Assembly: GCA_030390025.1 (NCBI GenBank)
Contig: JASTWF010000364.1
Coordinates: 248,001 to 312,000 of the forward strand
From: Squalus acanthias
Lineage: Eukaryota
Length of the DNA stretch: 64,000 nucleotides
Direction: 5' to 3'
Below are positions 23,330 through 36,900 of this stretch, in pieces. Every line of letters begins with the position of its first letter. The first letter of the stretch is position 1. Position numbers and translations under genes: made by a program. Under the pieces are notes generated by a model that was given only the letters and a program-made list of their open reading frames with translations, was not told the DNA's origin and made no database searches.

Positions 23330-25250
23330 CTTGAAAAACCTCAATTCTTTGAGGAGGTACCAGACATGGTAGATGGGGGGAAATGCAGTGGATGTAGTGT
23401 ACATGGACTTCAGGAAATCCCTTGACAAGTTACCACTCGGGAGATTACTGGTGAAGATTGAGGAGTATGGAATTAGGAGGAGGCTATCAGCTTGAATTAA
23501 ACATTGGTTAGAAGGGAGACAACAGAGAGTAGGAGTTAAGGGCAGTTCCTCAGAGTGGTTGGAGTGGGCAGTGGTGTCCCGTGGGTTCAGTTCTGGGCCA
23601 CTTCTGTTCGCTGTGTGTATCAATGATTTGAATATAGGGCCAGAGGGAGTGGTGTTGAAATTTGTAAATGGCACCAAAATCGGAGGTAGAGATAATTTTT
23701 AAGCCTAAAGGAAGCTACAAAGTGATATTGATAAGATGGGGAATTGGCTAAAAAGTGGCAGATGGAATTCAATGTCATTAAGTGTGAAATGATTCATTTG
23801 GTTAAATAAAAGCAGTAATTATACTGTGAATGGGAGTAGGCTCGGTGCTGGGGAAGAGCAGAGGGATTTGGGGGACAGGTTACTGTGAATGGGAGTAGGC
23901 TCGGTGCTGGGGAAGAGCAGAGGGATTTGGGGGACAGGTTACTGTGAATGGGAGTAGGCTCGGTGCTGGGGAAGAGCAGAGGGATTTGGGGGACAGGTTA
24001 CTGTGAATGGGAGTAGGCTTGGTGCTGGGGAAGAGCAGAGGGATTTGGGGGACAGGTGCACAGGACAGAAAAGGCCATGAAACAAGCTAAAGAAATTCTA
24101 GGTTTTAATCACAAGAGGTATAGAATATAAAAGCAAAGAGATAATGATGAGCCGATATAAAACCGTAGTAAGACCTCAGTTAGAGGGCTGTGTGCAGTGT
24201 CGGTCCACACTATAGGAAGGATATTGGGGCTTTAGAGAGAGTGGAATGCAGATTCACTCAGATGCTGCCTGGTATGATGAAATACAAATACAAAGAAAGA
24301 CTTGAAAATTGGGTCTTTTTTCTGTTAAAACAAAGCACATTACGGGCAAAAGCATTGATGTGTTTAATATTATGAAAGGATGGGACAGGGTAGATAGAAG
24401 CAGACTGTTTCCAGTGATTGAGGGGTTTGGAATGAGGGGCCAGTGATACAAGATTAAATGCAAGAGATTTAGAACAGAGGGCAGGAGAAACTTCTTCACA
24501 CAGAGAGTTGTGAGGCTGTGGGATTCACTCCCAGGGTTAGTGATTGAGGCAGAAACTGTGTCAACATTCCAGGTGAACTGTAGAAAAGGAATTGGTTTGT
24601 AAAACCTGTCCTAATGTGCCGGTGGATTGGAGAGTATCTGATGCAACAGCCTTGTTCAAGAAGGAAGATACAGATAAACGGGATAACCGCAGACCAGTTA
24701 GTCTAATGTCAGTTGAGGGCAAACTCTTTGAATCCATAATTCAAGCTAAAATTAGAGAGCATTTAGAAATGCCCAGGTTAACCAAGGACAGAGAGCATGG
24801 ATTTGTTAAAGGCAAGCCTTGTTTGACAAATTTAAGAGAATTTTTTTTGTTACAGCAATTCAATTAGACATGAATATAGATTTTCAGAAAGCATTTAATA
24901 AGATATATTAAAGGAAGCTTGTTTAAAAAAATGCAGGCTTATGGTATAGGAGGAAATATAACTCCACGAATAGAAAGTTGGTTGACAAACAGGAAACAAA
25001 GGGTTTGGGTAAATGGGGTGTTGCTTGGATTGGAGAAGGTGGAACCCAGGGTCAGTGCTGGGTCTCCTTTATTCTCGATATTTATAAATGATTTGGACTC
25101 TGGATTTAGGGTAAGAAATTTACTGATGATACAAGGCTTGGCAAACAGTGAGCAGTGTAAAAGACTCGGACAGATTAGTGGAATGGGCAGACAGGAGGCA
25201 GATACAGTTTAATGTGGAGAAGTGTGAGGTAATTCAATTTTGGGAGATGA
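23330..25250 (+). mobile_element. Two degenerate CR1 RT fragments; the first contains a 59-bp x4 tandem repeat (23822-24058)
   Basis: VDVVYMDFRK, RQQRVGVKG, DWRVSDATALFKK..RPVSL..HGFVKGKPCLTNL remnants with stops and frameshifts. Confidence 0.7.
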
Positions 25251-25714
25251 TGGGCTGTACTGAATGAATTAACTTGCATTTCTACAGCGCCTTTCGCAAC
25301 CTCAGGATGTCCCAAAGCGCTTTACTGTCAACGAAGTACTTTGAAAGTGAAGTCACTGTTGTGATGAGAGTGTGCTCCGCTCCCGTTCCGGTCAATCAGC
25401 TCAACGCCCAGCAGTGCGCCCCTCCCCCACACTGCTCTGTTCTCATTGCATCATGGGAGAACTGGTTTGTCATCACTTCTCCATTAAATGTCGGCGTGAA
25501 CATTTAAACTGGTTAAGCAGCTGAAAGCGCGGTTTGCCACTGTTTGAATCAAATTGTTACCTTTTAACACTTACTGCCCCTTACCAAATTAGCAATTATA
25601 TCTTTCTTGTATCACAGCTCCCAACAATGGGACAGGACACTGTTTCCCACCCAACCCTGTCTGAATCATCCGCTGGGTGATGATAGGATGGCCTGGGGCA
25701 GGGGGCGGGGGGGA

Positions 25715-28700
25715 AAGAGACAGAGAGCGCGACAGAGAGGGGGCGAGCGACAGAGAGGGGGAGAGCGAGAGCGAGAGAGGGGGAGAGCGAGAGCGAGAGA
25801 GAGCGCGCCAGACACAGAGTGGGGGAGAGCGAGCGAGCGCCAGGCACAGAGAGGGGGAGCGAGAGAGAGAGCGCGCCAGACACAGAGAGGGGGAGAGAGA
25901 GAGAGAGAGAGAGAACACGCCAGACACGGGGAGAGAGGGCGCGACAGACAGAGAGAGAGAGAGAGGGCGCGACAGAGAGAGAGAGAGAGAGAGGGCGCGA
26001 GAGAGAGAGAGAGAGAGAGCGAGGGCGCGAGAGAGAGAGAGAGAGAGAGGGCGCGAGAGAGAGAGAGGGCGCGAGAGAGAGAGAGAGAGGGCGCGAGAGA
26101 GAGAGAGAGAGGGCGCGAGAGAGAGAGAGAGAGAGAGCGAGGGCGCGAGAGAGAGAGAGAGAGAGGGCGCGAGAGAGAGAGAGAGAGAGGGCGCGAGAGA
26201 GAGAGGGCGCGAGAGAGAGAGAGAGAGAGGGCGCGAGAGAGAGAGAGAGAGAGGGCGCGAGAGAGAGAGAGGGCGCGAGAGAGAGAGAGAGAGGGCGCGA
26301 GAGAGAGAGAGAGAGGGCGCGAGAGAGAGAGAGGGCGCGAGAGAGAGAGAGGGCGCGAGAGAGAGAGAGGGCGCGAGAGAGAGAGAGGGCGCGAGAGAGA
26401 GAGAGGGCGCGAGAGAGAGAGAGGGCGCGAGAGAGAGAGAGGGCGCGAGAGAGAGAGAGGGCGCGAGAGAGAGAGAGAGGGCGCGAGAGAGAGAGAGAGG
26501 GCGCGAGAGAGAGAGAGAGAGGGCGCGAGAGAGAGAGAGAGAGAGAGAGAGAGGGCGCGAGAGAGAGAGAGAGAGAGGGCGAGAGAGAGAGAGAGGGCGC
26601 GAGAGAGAGAGAGAGAGGGCGAGAGAGAGAGAGAGGGCGCGAGAGAGAGAGAGGGCGCGAGAGAGAGAGAGGGCGCGAGAGAGAGAGAGGGCGCGAGAGA
26701 GAGAGAGCGCGCGACAGAGAGAGAGAGCGCGCGACAGAGAGAGAGAGCGCGCGACAGAGAGAGAGAGAGGGCGAGAGAGAGAGAGGGCGAGAGAGAGAGA
26801 GGGCGCGAGAGAGAGAGAGGGCGCGAGAGAGAGAGAGAGGGCGCGAGAGGGCGCGAGAGAGAGAGAGAGAGAGAGAGAGGGCGCGAGAGAGAGAGAGAGA
26901 GGGCGCGAGAGAGAGAGAGGGCGAGAGAGAGAGAGAGGGCGCGAGAGAGAGAGAGGGCGCGAGAGAGAGAGAGCGGGCGACAGAGAGAGAGAGAGCGGGC
27001 GACAGAGAGAGAGAGAGCGGGCGACAGAGAGAGAGAGAGCGGGCGACAGAGAGAGAGAGAGAGGGCGCGACAGACAGAGAGAGAGAGGGCGCGACAGACA
27101 GAGAGAGAGAGAGCGCGACAGACAGAGAGAGAGAGAGAGAGCGCGACAGACAGAGAGAGAGAGAGAGGGCGCGACAGACAGAGAGAGAGAGAGAGAGGGC
27201 GCGACAGACAGAGAGAGAGAGAGGGCGCGACAGACAGAGAGAGAGAGGGCGCGACAGAGAGAGAGAGAGGGCGCGACAGAGAGAGAGAGAGGGCGCGACA
27301 GAGAGAGAGAGAGGGCGCGACAGAGAGAGAGAGGGCGCGACAGAGAGAGAGAGAGGGCGCGACAGAGAGAGAGAGAGGGCGCGACAGAGAGAGAGAGAGG
27401 GCGCGACAGAGAGAGAGAGAGGGCGCGACAGAGAGAGAGAGGGCGCGACAGAGAGAGAGAGAGGGCGCGACAGAGAGAGAGAGAGGGCGCGACAGAGAGA
27501 GAGAGAGGGCGCGACAGAGAGAGAGAGGGCGCGACAGAGAGAGAGAGAGGGCGCGACAGAGAGAGAGAGAGGGCGCGACAGAGAGAGAGAGAGGGCGCGA
27601 CAGAGAGAGAGAGAGGGCGCGACAGAGAGAGAGAGAGGGCGCGACAGAGAGAGAGAGAGGGCGCGACAGAGAGAGAGAGAGGGCGCGACAGAGAGAGAGA
27701 GAGGGCGCGACAGAGAGAGAGAGAGGGCGCGACAGAGAGAGAGAGAGGGCGCGACAGAGAGAGAGAGAGGGCGCGACAGAGAGAGAGAGAGGGCGCGACA
27801 GAGAGAGAGAGAGGGCGCGACAGAGAGAGAGAGAGGGCGCGACAGAGAGAGAGAGAGGGCGCGACAGAGAGAGAGAGAGGGCGCGACAGAGAGAGAGAGA
27901 GGGCGCGACAGAGAGAGAGAGAGGGCGCGACAGACAGAGAGAGAGAGAGGGCGCGACAGACAGAGAGAGAGAGAGGGCGCGACAGACAGAGAGAGAGAGC
28001 GAGGGCGCGACAGACAGAGAGAGAGAGCGAGGGCGCGACAGACAGCGAGAGAGCGCGAGGGCGCGACAGACAGCGCGAGGGCGCGACAGACAGCGCGAGG
28101 GCGCGACAGACAGCGAGAGAGCGCGACAGAGAGAGAGAGGGAGAGAGAGGGAGAGAGGGAGAGAGGGAGAGAGGGAGAGAGGGAGAGAGGGAGAGAGGGA
28201 GAGAGGGAGAGAGGGAGAGAGGGAGAGAGAGCGCGCGCGCGACAGACCGAGCGAGAGAGCGCGCGCGCGACAGACCGAGCGAGGGCGAGGGCGCGACAGA
28301 CCGAGCGAGGGCGAGGGCGCGACAGACCGAGCGAGGGCGAGGGCGCGACAGACCGAGCGAGGGCGAGGGCGCGACAGACCGAGCGAGGGCGAGGGCGCGA
28401 CAGACCGAGCGAGGGCGAGGGCGCGACAGACCGAGCGAGGGCGAGGGCGCGACAGACCGAGCGAGAGCGCGCGCGCGACAGACCGAGCGAGCGAGAGCGC
28501 GCGCGCGACAGGGCGCGACAGACCGAGCGAGGGCGAGGGCGCGACAGACCGAGCGAGAGCGCGCGCGCGCGCGACAGAGCGAGCGAGAGCGCGCGCGCGA
28601 CAGACCGAGCGAGAGCGCGACAGACCGAGCGAGCGAGAGCGCGCGAGCGAGCGACAGACCGAGCGAGAGCGAGCGCGCGCGCGACAGACCGAGCGAGAGA

Positions 28701-31700
28701 GAGCGCGCGCGCGACAGACCGAGAGAGAGAGAGCGCGCGCGCGACAGACCGAGAGAGAGAGAGCGCGCGCGCGACAGACCGAGAGAGAGAGAGCGCGCGC
28801 GCGACAGACCGAGAGAGAGAGAGAGCGCGCGCGCGACAGACCGAGAGAGAGAGAGAGAGCGCGCGCGCGACAGACCGAGAGAGAGCGCGCGCGCGACAGA
28901 CCGAGAGAGAGCGCGCGCGCGACAGACAGAGAGAGAGCGCGCGCGCGACAGACAGAGAGAGAGCGCGCGCGCGCGACAGACAGAGAGAGAGCGCGCGCGC
29001 GACAGACAGAGAGAGAGCGCGCGCGCGACAGACAGAGAGAGAGCGCGCGCGCGACAGAGAGAGAGAGAGCGCGCGCGACAGAGAGGGAGAGAGGGAGAGA
29101 GGGAGAGAGGGAGAGAGGGAGAGAGGGAGAGAGGGAGAGAGGGAGCGCGCGCGACAGAGCGAGCGAGAGAGCGCGCGCGCGACAGACCGAGCGAGGGCGA
29201 GGGCGCGACAGACCGAGCGAGGGCGAGGGCGCGACAGACCGAGCGAGGGCGAGGGCGCGACAGACCGAGCGAGGGCGAGGGCGCGACAGACCGAGCGAGG
29301 GCGAGGGCGCGACAGACCGAGCGAGGGCGCGCGCGCGACAGACCGAGCGAGCGAGAGCGCGCGCGCGACAGACCGAGCGAGCGAGAGCGCGCGCGCGACA
29401 GACCGAGCGAGGGCGAGGGCGCGACAGACCGAGCGAGCGAGAGCGCGCGCGCGACAGACCGAGCGAGCGAGCGAGAGCGCGACAGACCGAGCGAGCGAGA
29501 GCGCGCGCGCGACAGACCGAGCGAGAGCGAGCGCGCGCGCGACAGACCGAGCGAGAGCGAGCGCGCGCGCGACAGACCGAGCGAGAGCGAGCGCGCGCGC
29601 GACAGACCGAGCGAGAGCGAGCGAGCGCGCGCGCGACAGACCGAGCGAGAGCGAGCGCGCGCGCGACAGACCGAGCGAGAGCGAGCGCGCGCGCGACAGA
29701 CCGAGCGAGAGCGAGCGCGCGCGCGACAGACCGAGCGAGAGCGAGAGCGAGAGCGAGAGCGAGAGCGAGAGCGAGAGCGAGAGCGAGAGCGAGAGCGAGA
29801 GCGAGAGCGAGAGCGAGAGCGAGAGCGAGAGCGAGAGCGAGAGCGAGAGCGAGAGCGAGAGCGAGAGCGAGAGCGAGAGCGAGAGCGAGAGCGAGAGCGA
29901 GAGCGAGAGCGAGAGCGAGAGCGAGAGCGAGAGCGAGAGCGAGAGCGAGAGCGAGAGCGAGAGCGAGAGCGAGAGCGAGAGCGAGAGCGAGAGCGAGAGC
30001 GAGAGCGAGAGCGAGAGCGAGAGCGAGCTCGCGCGCGACAGACCGAGCGAGCGAGAGCGAGCTCGCGCGCGACAGACCGAGCGAGAGCGAGCGCGCGCGC
30101 GACAGACCGAGCGAGAGCGAGCGCGCGCGCGACAGACCGAGCGAGAGCGAGCGCGCGCGCGACAGACCGAGCGAGAGCGAGCGCGCGCGCGACAGACCGA
30201 GCGAGAGCGAGCGCGCGCGCGACAGACCGAGCGAGAGCGAGCGCGCGCGCGACAGACCGAGCGAGAGCGAGCGCGCGCGCGACAGACCGAGCGAGAGCGA
30301 GCGCGCGCGCGACAGACCGAGCGATTGCGAGCGCGCGCGCGACAGACCGAGCGATTGCGAGCGCGCGCGCGACAGACCGAGCGAGCGAGAGAGAGCGCGC
30401 GCGCGACAGACCGAGCGAGAGAGAGCGCGCGCGCGACAGACCGAGCGAGAGAGAGCGCGCGCGCGACAGACCGAGAGAGAGAGCGCGCGCGCGACAGACC
30501 GAGAGAGAGAGAGCGCGCGCGCGACAGACCGAGAGAGAGAGAGAGCGCGCGCGACAGACCGAGAGAGAGAGAGAGCGCGCGCGCGACAGACCGAGAGAGA
30601 GAGCGCGCGCGACAGACAGAGAGAGAGCGCGCGCGCGACAGACAGAGAGAGAGCGCGCGCGCGACAGACAGAGAGAGAGCGCGCGCGCGACAGACAGAGA
30701 GAGAGCGCGCGCGCGACAGACAGAGAGAGAGCGCGCGCGCGACAGACAGAGAGAGAGCGCGCGCGCGACAGACAGAGAGAGAGCGCGCGCGCGACAGACA
30801 GAGAGAGAGCGCGCGCGCGACAGACAGAGAGAGAGCGCGCGCGCGACAGACAGAGAGAGAGCGCGCGCGCGACAGAGAGAGAGAGAGCGCGCGACAGAGA
30901 GAGAGAGAGCGCGCGCGACAGAGAGAGAGAGAGAGCGCGCGACAGAGAGAGAGAGAGCGCGCGACAGAGAGAGAGAGAGCGCGCGCGACAGAGAGAGAGA
31001 GCGCGCGCGACAGAGAGAGAGAGAGCGCGCGCGACAGAGAGAGAGAGAGCGCGCGCGACAGAGAGAGAGAGAGCGCGCGCGACAGAGAGAGAGAGCGCGC
31101 GCGACAGAGAGAGAGAGCGCGCGCGACAGAGAGAGAGAGAGAGCGCGCGACAGAGAGAGAGAGCGCGCGCGACAGAGAGAGAGAGAGCGCGCGACAGAGA
31201 GAGAGAGAGCGCGCGCGACAGAGAGAGAGAGAGCGCGCGCGACAGAGAGAGAGAGCGCGCGCGACAGAGAGAGAGAGCGCGCGCGACAGAGAGAGAGAGC
31301 GCGCGCGACAGAGAGAGAGCGCGCGCGACAGACAGAGAGAGAGAGCGCGCGACAGAGAGAGAGAGCGCGCGCGACAGAGAGAGAGAGAGCGCGCGACAGA
31401 GAGAGAGAGAGAGCGCGCGCGACAGAGAGAGAGAGAGCGCGCGCGACAGAGAGAGAGAGAGCGCGCGCGACAGAGAGAGAGAGAGCGCGCGCGACAGAGA
31501 GAGAGAGCGCGCGCGACAGAGAGAGAGAGCGCGCGCGACAGAGAGAGAGAGCGCGCGCGACAGAGAGAGAGAGCGCGCGCGACAGAGAGAGAGAGCGCGC
31601 GCGACAGAGAGAGAGAGAGAGCGCGCGCGACAGAGAGAGAGAGAGAGCGCGCCAGACAGAGAGAGAGAGCGCGCGCGACAGACAGAGAGAGAGAGCGCGC

Positions 31701-32494
31701 GCGACAGAGAGAGAGAGAGAGCGCGCGACAGAGAGAGAGAGAGAGCGCGCGACAGAGAGAGAGAGCGCGCGCGACAGAGAGAGAGAGAGCGCGCGACAGA
31801 GAGAGAGAGAGCGCGCGCGACAGAGAGAGAGAGAGCGCGCGCAACAGAGACAGAGAGCGCGCGCGACAGAGACAGAGAGCGCGCGCGACAGAGAGAGAGA
31901 GCGCGCGCGACAGAGAGAGAGAGCGCGCGCGACAGAGAGAGAGAGAGCGCGCGCGACAGAGAGAGAGAGCGCGCGCGACAGAGAGAGAGAGCGCGCGCGA
32001 CAGAGAGAGAGAGAGCGCGCGCGACAGAGAGAGAGAGCGCGCGCGACAGAGAGAGAGAGCGCGCGCGACAGCGAGAGAGAGAGCGCGCGCGACAGAGAGA
32101 GAGAGAGCGCGCGCGACAGAGAGAGAGAGAGCGCGCGCGACAGAGAGAGAGAGAGCGCGCGCGACAGAGAGAGAGAGAGCGCGCGCGACAGAGAGAGAGA
32201 GAGCGCGCGCGACAGAGAGAGAGAGAGCGCGCGCGACAGAGAGAGAGAGAGCGCGCGCGACAGAGAGAGAGAGAGCGCGCGCGACAGAGAGAGAGAGAGC
32301 GCGCGCGACAGAGAGAGAGAGAGCGCGCGCGACAGAGAGAGAGAGAGAGCGCGCGCGACAGAGAGAGAGAGAGCGCGCGCGACAGAGAGAGAGAGAGCGC
32401 GCGCGACAGAGAGAGAGAGAGCGCGCGCGACAGAGAGAGAGAGAGCGCGCGCGACAGAGAGAGAGAGCGCGCGCGACAGACAGAGAGAGCGAGA
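25715..32494. repeat. 6.8-kb compound (GA)n/(GC)n/GACA satellite including pure (GAGAGC)n at ~29735-30026
   Basis: Continuous simple-sequence array; + strand has only a handful of T. Confidence 0.95.
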
Positions 32495-32959
32495 TCACTG
32501 GTTGAGATAAGAAATTCAGTAATTTAAAAGTCCCAGTCGATAACTTTCTTGCTCATTTCTTGTGTTTTGTGGGGCGGGGGTTGTGATACTTCCTCTGAAC
32601 ACATTTCAAAAGGACAGGGTTTATGAATTTGCTGCCTTTGCCACACTGAGTCCCCGCGCGGTGCCAGGCTCAGCTCCGCAGACTGTGTCTCTGCTGATTC
32701 CAGTGAGGTTACAGCACCACCCAGTGGCCTCCAGAGTAACAGCGCCCAGCCTGGGCCCCTCACAGGCTGGTCAAGCTTCAGGTGGGGCTCCTGATCCTGA
32801 TCCTGATCCCAATCCCTCCTCAGCACCAGCCCAAGCTATCCCTGCCCTGTGGCCAGAACTCACCCAAAGAGGGCCATCCCTCCACCGAGCTGCAGACTGC
32901 AAATATCAGGCCGGGGTGGCTGGGGGGGGGGGGGGGGGGGGGCGGAGGAGAGGGGGAAG

Positions 32960-33529
32960 GGAGATAAAATACAAATAGCAAGTTTTATGCTAAAACTTTA
33001 TAAATCACAGGTTCGGCCCCAGCTGGAGTAGTGTGTTCAATTCTGGGCCCCGCACTTTAGGAAGGATGTGAAGGTCCTGGAGAGGGTGCGGAGGAGATTT
33101 ACTAGACTGGTCCCAGGGATGAGGGACTGCAGTGATGTGGAGAGACTGGAGAAGCTGGAATTGTTCTCAGAGCAGAAAAGGCTAAGGGGAGATTTAATAG
33201 AAGTGTTTAAAATCATGAGGGGTTTTGATGGAGTAAATAAGGAGAAACTGTTTCCAGTGGCAGGAGGGTCGGTGACCAGAGGACACAGATTGAAGGTAAT
33301 CGGCAAAAGAGCGAGTTGTTGTGATCTGGAACGCGCTGCCTGAAAGGGCGGTGGAAGCAGATTCAATAGTAACTTTGAAAAGGGAATTGGATAAATACTA
33401 GAAGGGGAAAATTTGCTGGGCTCTGGGGAAAGAGCAGGGAGTGGGACTAATTGGAGAGCTCGTTCAAAGAGCCGGCACAGGCACGAAGGGCCGAATGGCC
33501 TCCTTCTGTGCTGTGAGATTCTATGATTC
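32960..33529 (+). mobile_element. CR1 LINE 3' end
   Basis: VRPQLE..KVLERVRRRFTRLVPGMR..RLRGDLIEVFKIMRG; GGGCCGAATGGCCT hairpin and ATTCTATG repeat. Confidence 0.85.
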
Positions 33530-33929
33530 GAGGCGATCCTCCCCAATGGCAAGCGCTGGTGACGTTTCTCTTCCATCAGATGCACGGCCTGAATTATGAC
33601 CGGCAGCTCCTTTTCCTTAAGGGAGTTCAGGAGGTGCCGGTCCTTCCCCGGGGCCTGTTCGATCGTCTGGAGCTTGGTTGTTTACAGAAGGAGATTCCCC
33701 GCACCGATCCTCCCCTCGGAACCGACCGTTTCGGTCTGATCCGCTATCACGGTGACACATGGCGGGGGGCGTTTGCCCTGGCGGCCTGGGTTGGGGATGA
33801 GCTGGAAGTTGCCGGCGGGGCGGGGGGGTTTGTTGGCTCCCCGGAATTCACGACATTAAAATCCACCTCACTCAGATAGCTGCATCAAGGAGGCTCGGAC
33901 ACGTGGAGAGATTCTATCATTTGTGGCCC

Positions 33930-36900
33930 GGCGGGGGCGGGGGAGGAGGTGTGGAGGAGGGGGAGGAGGAGGAGGGGGAGGGGAAGGGGGAGGAGGAGGA
34001 GGGGGGGGGAGGGGAGGAGGAGGGGAGGAGGAGGGGGAGGGGCGGAGGTGTGGAGGAGGAGGAGGAGGAGGAGGAGGAGGAGGAGGAGGAGGAGGAGGAG
34101 GAGGAGGAGGAGGAGGAGGAGGAGGAGGAGGAGGAGGAGGAGGAGGAGGGGGAGGAGGGGGAGGGGAAGGAGGAGGAGGAGGGGAAGGAGGAGGAGGAGG
34201 AGGAGAGGAGGGGAAGGGGAGGAGGGGAAGGAGGAGGAGGGGAAGGAGGAGGAGGGGAAGGAGGAGGAGGGGAAGGAGGAGGAGGGGAAGGAGGAGGAGG
34301 GGAAGGAGGAGGGGGAGGGGAAGGGGGGGAGGGGAAGGAGGAGGGGAAGGAGGGGGAGGGGAAGGAGGAGGGGAAGGAGGAGGAGGGGAAGGAGGAGGAG
34401 GGGGGGGGAGGAGGGGGGGGAGGGGGGGAGGAGGAGGGGAGGAGGTGTGGAGGAGGAGGAGGGGGAGGAGGAGGGGAAGGAGGAGGAGGGGAAGGAGGAG
34501 GAGGGGAAGGAGGAGGAGGGGAAGGAGGAGGAGGGGAAGGAGGAGGGGGGGAAGGAGGAGGGGGGGAAGGAGGAGGGGGGGGGGGGAGGAGGGGGGGGGG
34601 AGGAGGGGGGGGGGAGGAGGGGGGGGGGGAGGAGGGGGGGGGGGAGGAGGGGGGGGGAGGAGGGGGGGGGGGGGAGGAGGGGGGGGGGGGGAGGAGGGGG
34701 GGGGGAGGAGGGGGGGGGAGGAGGGGGGGAGGAGGGGGGGGGGAGGAGGGGGAGGAGGAGGAGGGGAAGGAGGAGGAGGGGAAGGAGGAGGAGGGGAAGG
34801 AGGAGGAGGGGGGGAGGAGGAGGGGGAGGAGGGGGGGAGGAGGAGGGGGAGGAGGAGGGGGAGGAGGAGGGGAGGGGAGGAGGAGGGGGGAGGAGGAGGG
34901 GGGAGGAGGAGGGGGAGGAGGAGGGAGGAGAAGGAGGGGAAGGAGGGGAGGGGAGGAGGGGAGGGGAGGAGGGGAGGAGGAGGGGGGAGGAGGAGGGGAA
35001 GGAGGAGGGGAAGGAGGAGGGGAAGGAGGAGGGGAAGGAGGAGGGGAAGGAGGAGGGGGAGGGGGGAGGGGGAGGGGGGAGGGGGAGGGGGGAGGGGGAG
35101 GGGGGAGGGGGGGAGGAGGGGGGAGGGGGGGAGGAGGGGGAGGGGGAGGGGGAGGGGGAGGCGGGGGAGGAGGGGGAGGGGGAGGGGCGGAGGCGGGGGA
35201 GGAGGGGGAGGGGGAGGCGGAGGAGGCGGAGGCGGGGGAGGGGGAGGCGGAGGCGGGGGAGGAGGAGGCGGGGGAGGAGGAGGCGGAGGAGGGGAGGAGG
35301 GGGAGGGGGGAGAGGGGGAGGAGGGGGGAGAGGGGGAGGAGGGGGGAGGGGGGAGAGGGGGAGGAGGAGGGGGAGGGGGAGGGGGAGGAGGAGGGGGAGG
35401 GGGAGGAGGAGGGGGAGGGGGAGGAGGAGGGGGGAGGGGGAGGAGGGGGGAGGGGGAGGAGGAGGCGGAGGGGGGAGAGGGGGAGGAGGAGGGGGAGGGG
35501 GAGGAGGAGGGGGAGGGGGAGGAGGAGGGGGGAGGGGGAGGAGGAGGGGGGAGGGGGAGGAGGAGGGGGGAGGGGGAGGGGGAGGAGGAGGCGGGGGAGG
35601 AGGAGGGGAGGGGGAGGGGAGAGGAGGAGGGGAGGGGGAGGGGAGAGGAGGGGGAGGGGGAGGGGGAGGGGGAGGCGGAGGCGGCGGAGGAGGGGGAGGG
35701 GGAGGGGGAGGCGGGAGAGGGGGGGAGGGGGAGGCGGGGGAGGGGGGAGGCGGGGGAGGGGGAGGCGGGGGAGGGGGAGGGGGAGGAGGAGGGGGGAGGG
35801 GGAGGGGGAGGAGGAGGCGGGGGAGGAGGAGGGGAGGGGGAGGGGGGAGGAGGAGGGGAGGGGGAGGGGGGAGGGGGGAGGGGGGAGGGGGGAGGGGGGA
35901 GGAGGGGGGGGAGGGGGGAGGAGGAGGCGGAGGGGGAGGATGAGGAGGAGGCGGAGGAGGAGGAGGAAGAGGGGCGGAGGAGGATGGGGAGGAGGGAGAG
36001 GAGGGGGAGGAGGGGGAGGAGGGGGAGGAGGGAGAGGAGGGGGAGGGGGGAGGAGGGGGAGGGGGAGGGGGGAGGAGGGGGAGGGGGAGGGGGAGGGGGA
36101 GGGGGAGGCGGAGGCGGCGGAGGAGGGGGGGGGGAGGGGGAGGCGGAGGCGGGAGAGGGGGGGAGGGGGAGGCGGGGGAGGGGGAGGGGGAGGCGGGGGA
36201 GGGGGAGGCGGAGGCGGGGGAGGGGGAGGCGGAGGCGGGGGAGGAGGAGGCGGAGGAGGGGGAGGAGGGGGAGGGGGGAGAGGGGGAGGAGGGAGGGGGG
36301 AGAGGGGGAGGAGGGAGGGGGGAGAGGGGGAGGAGGAGGGGGGAGGAGGGGGGAGGAGTGGGGAGGGGGAGGGGGGGAGGGGGAGGAGGGGGGGGAGGGG
36401 GAGGAGGGGGAGGAGGGGGGAGGGGTAGGGGGAGGAGGAGGCGGGTGAGGAGGAGGGGAGGAGGAGGAGGGGGAGGGGGAGGAGGAGGAGGGGAGGAGGC
36501 GGAGGAGGAGGGGGAGGAGGCGGAGGAGGAGGGGGAGGAGGCGGAGGAGGAGGGGGAGGAGGAGGATGAGGAGGAGGATGAGGAGGAGGCGGAGGAGGCG
36601 GAGGAGGAGGAGGAGGAGGAGGGGCGGAGGAGGAGGAGGGGCGGAGGAGGAGGAGGGGCGGAGGAGGAGGAGGGGCGGAGGAGGAGGAGGGGCGGAGGAG
36701 GAGGAGGGGCGGAGGAGGAGGAGGGGCGGAGGAGGATGGGGAGGAGGAGGAGGAGGGGGAGGAGGAGGAGGAGGGGGAGGAGGAGGGGGAGGGGGAGGGG
36801 GAGGAGGAGGGGGAGGGGGAGGGGGAGGGGGAGGGGGGAGAGGGGGAGGGAGAGGGGAGAGGGAGGGGGAGGGGGAGGGGGGAGAGGGGAGGGGGAGGGG

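Noticed and set aside
33586..33868. Possible Harbinger-type MITE (GGCCTGAATTAT..TAAAATCCACC); similar single end at ~41153
   Set aside because: Ends too degenerate and no clear TSD to call confidently.
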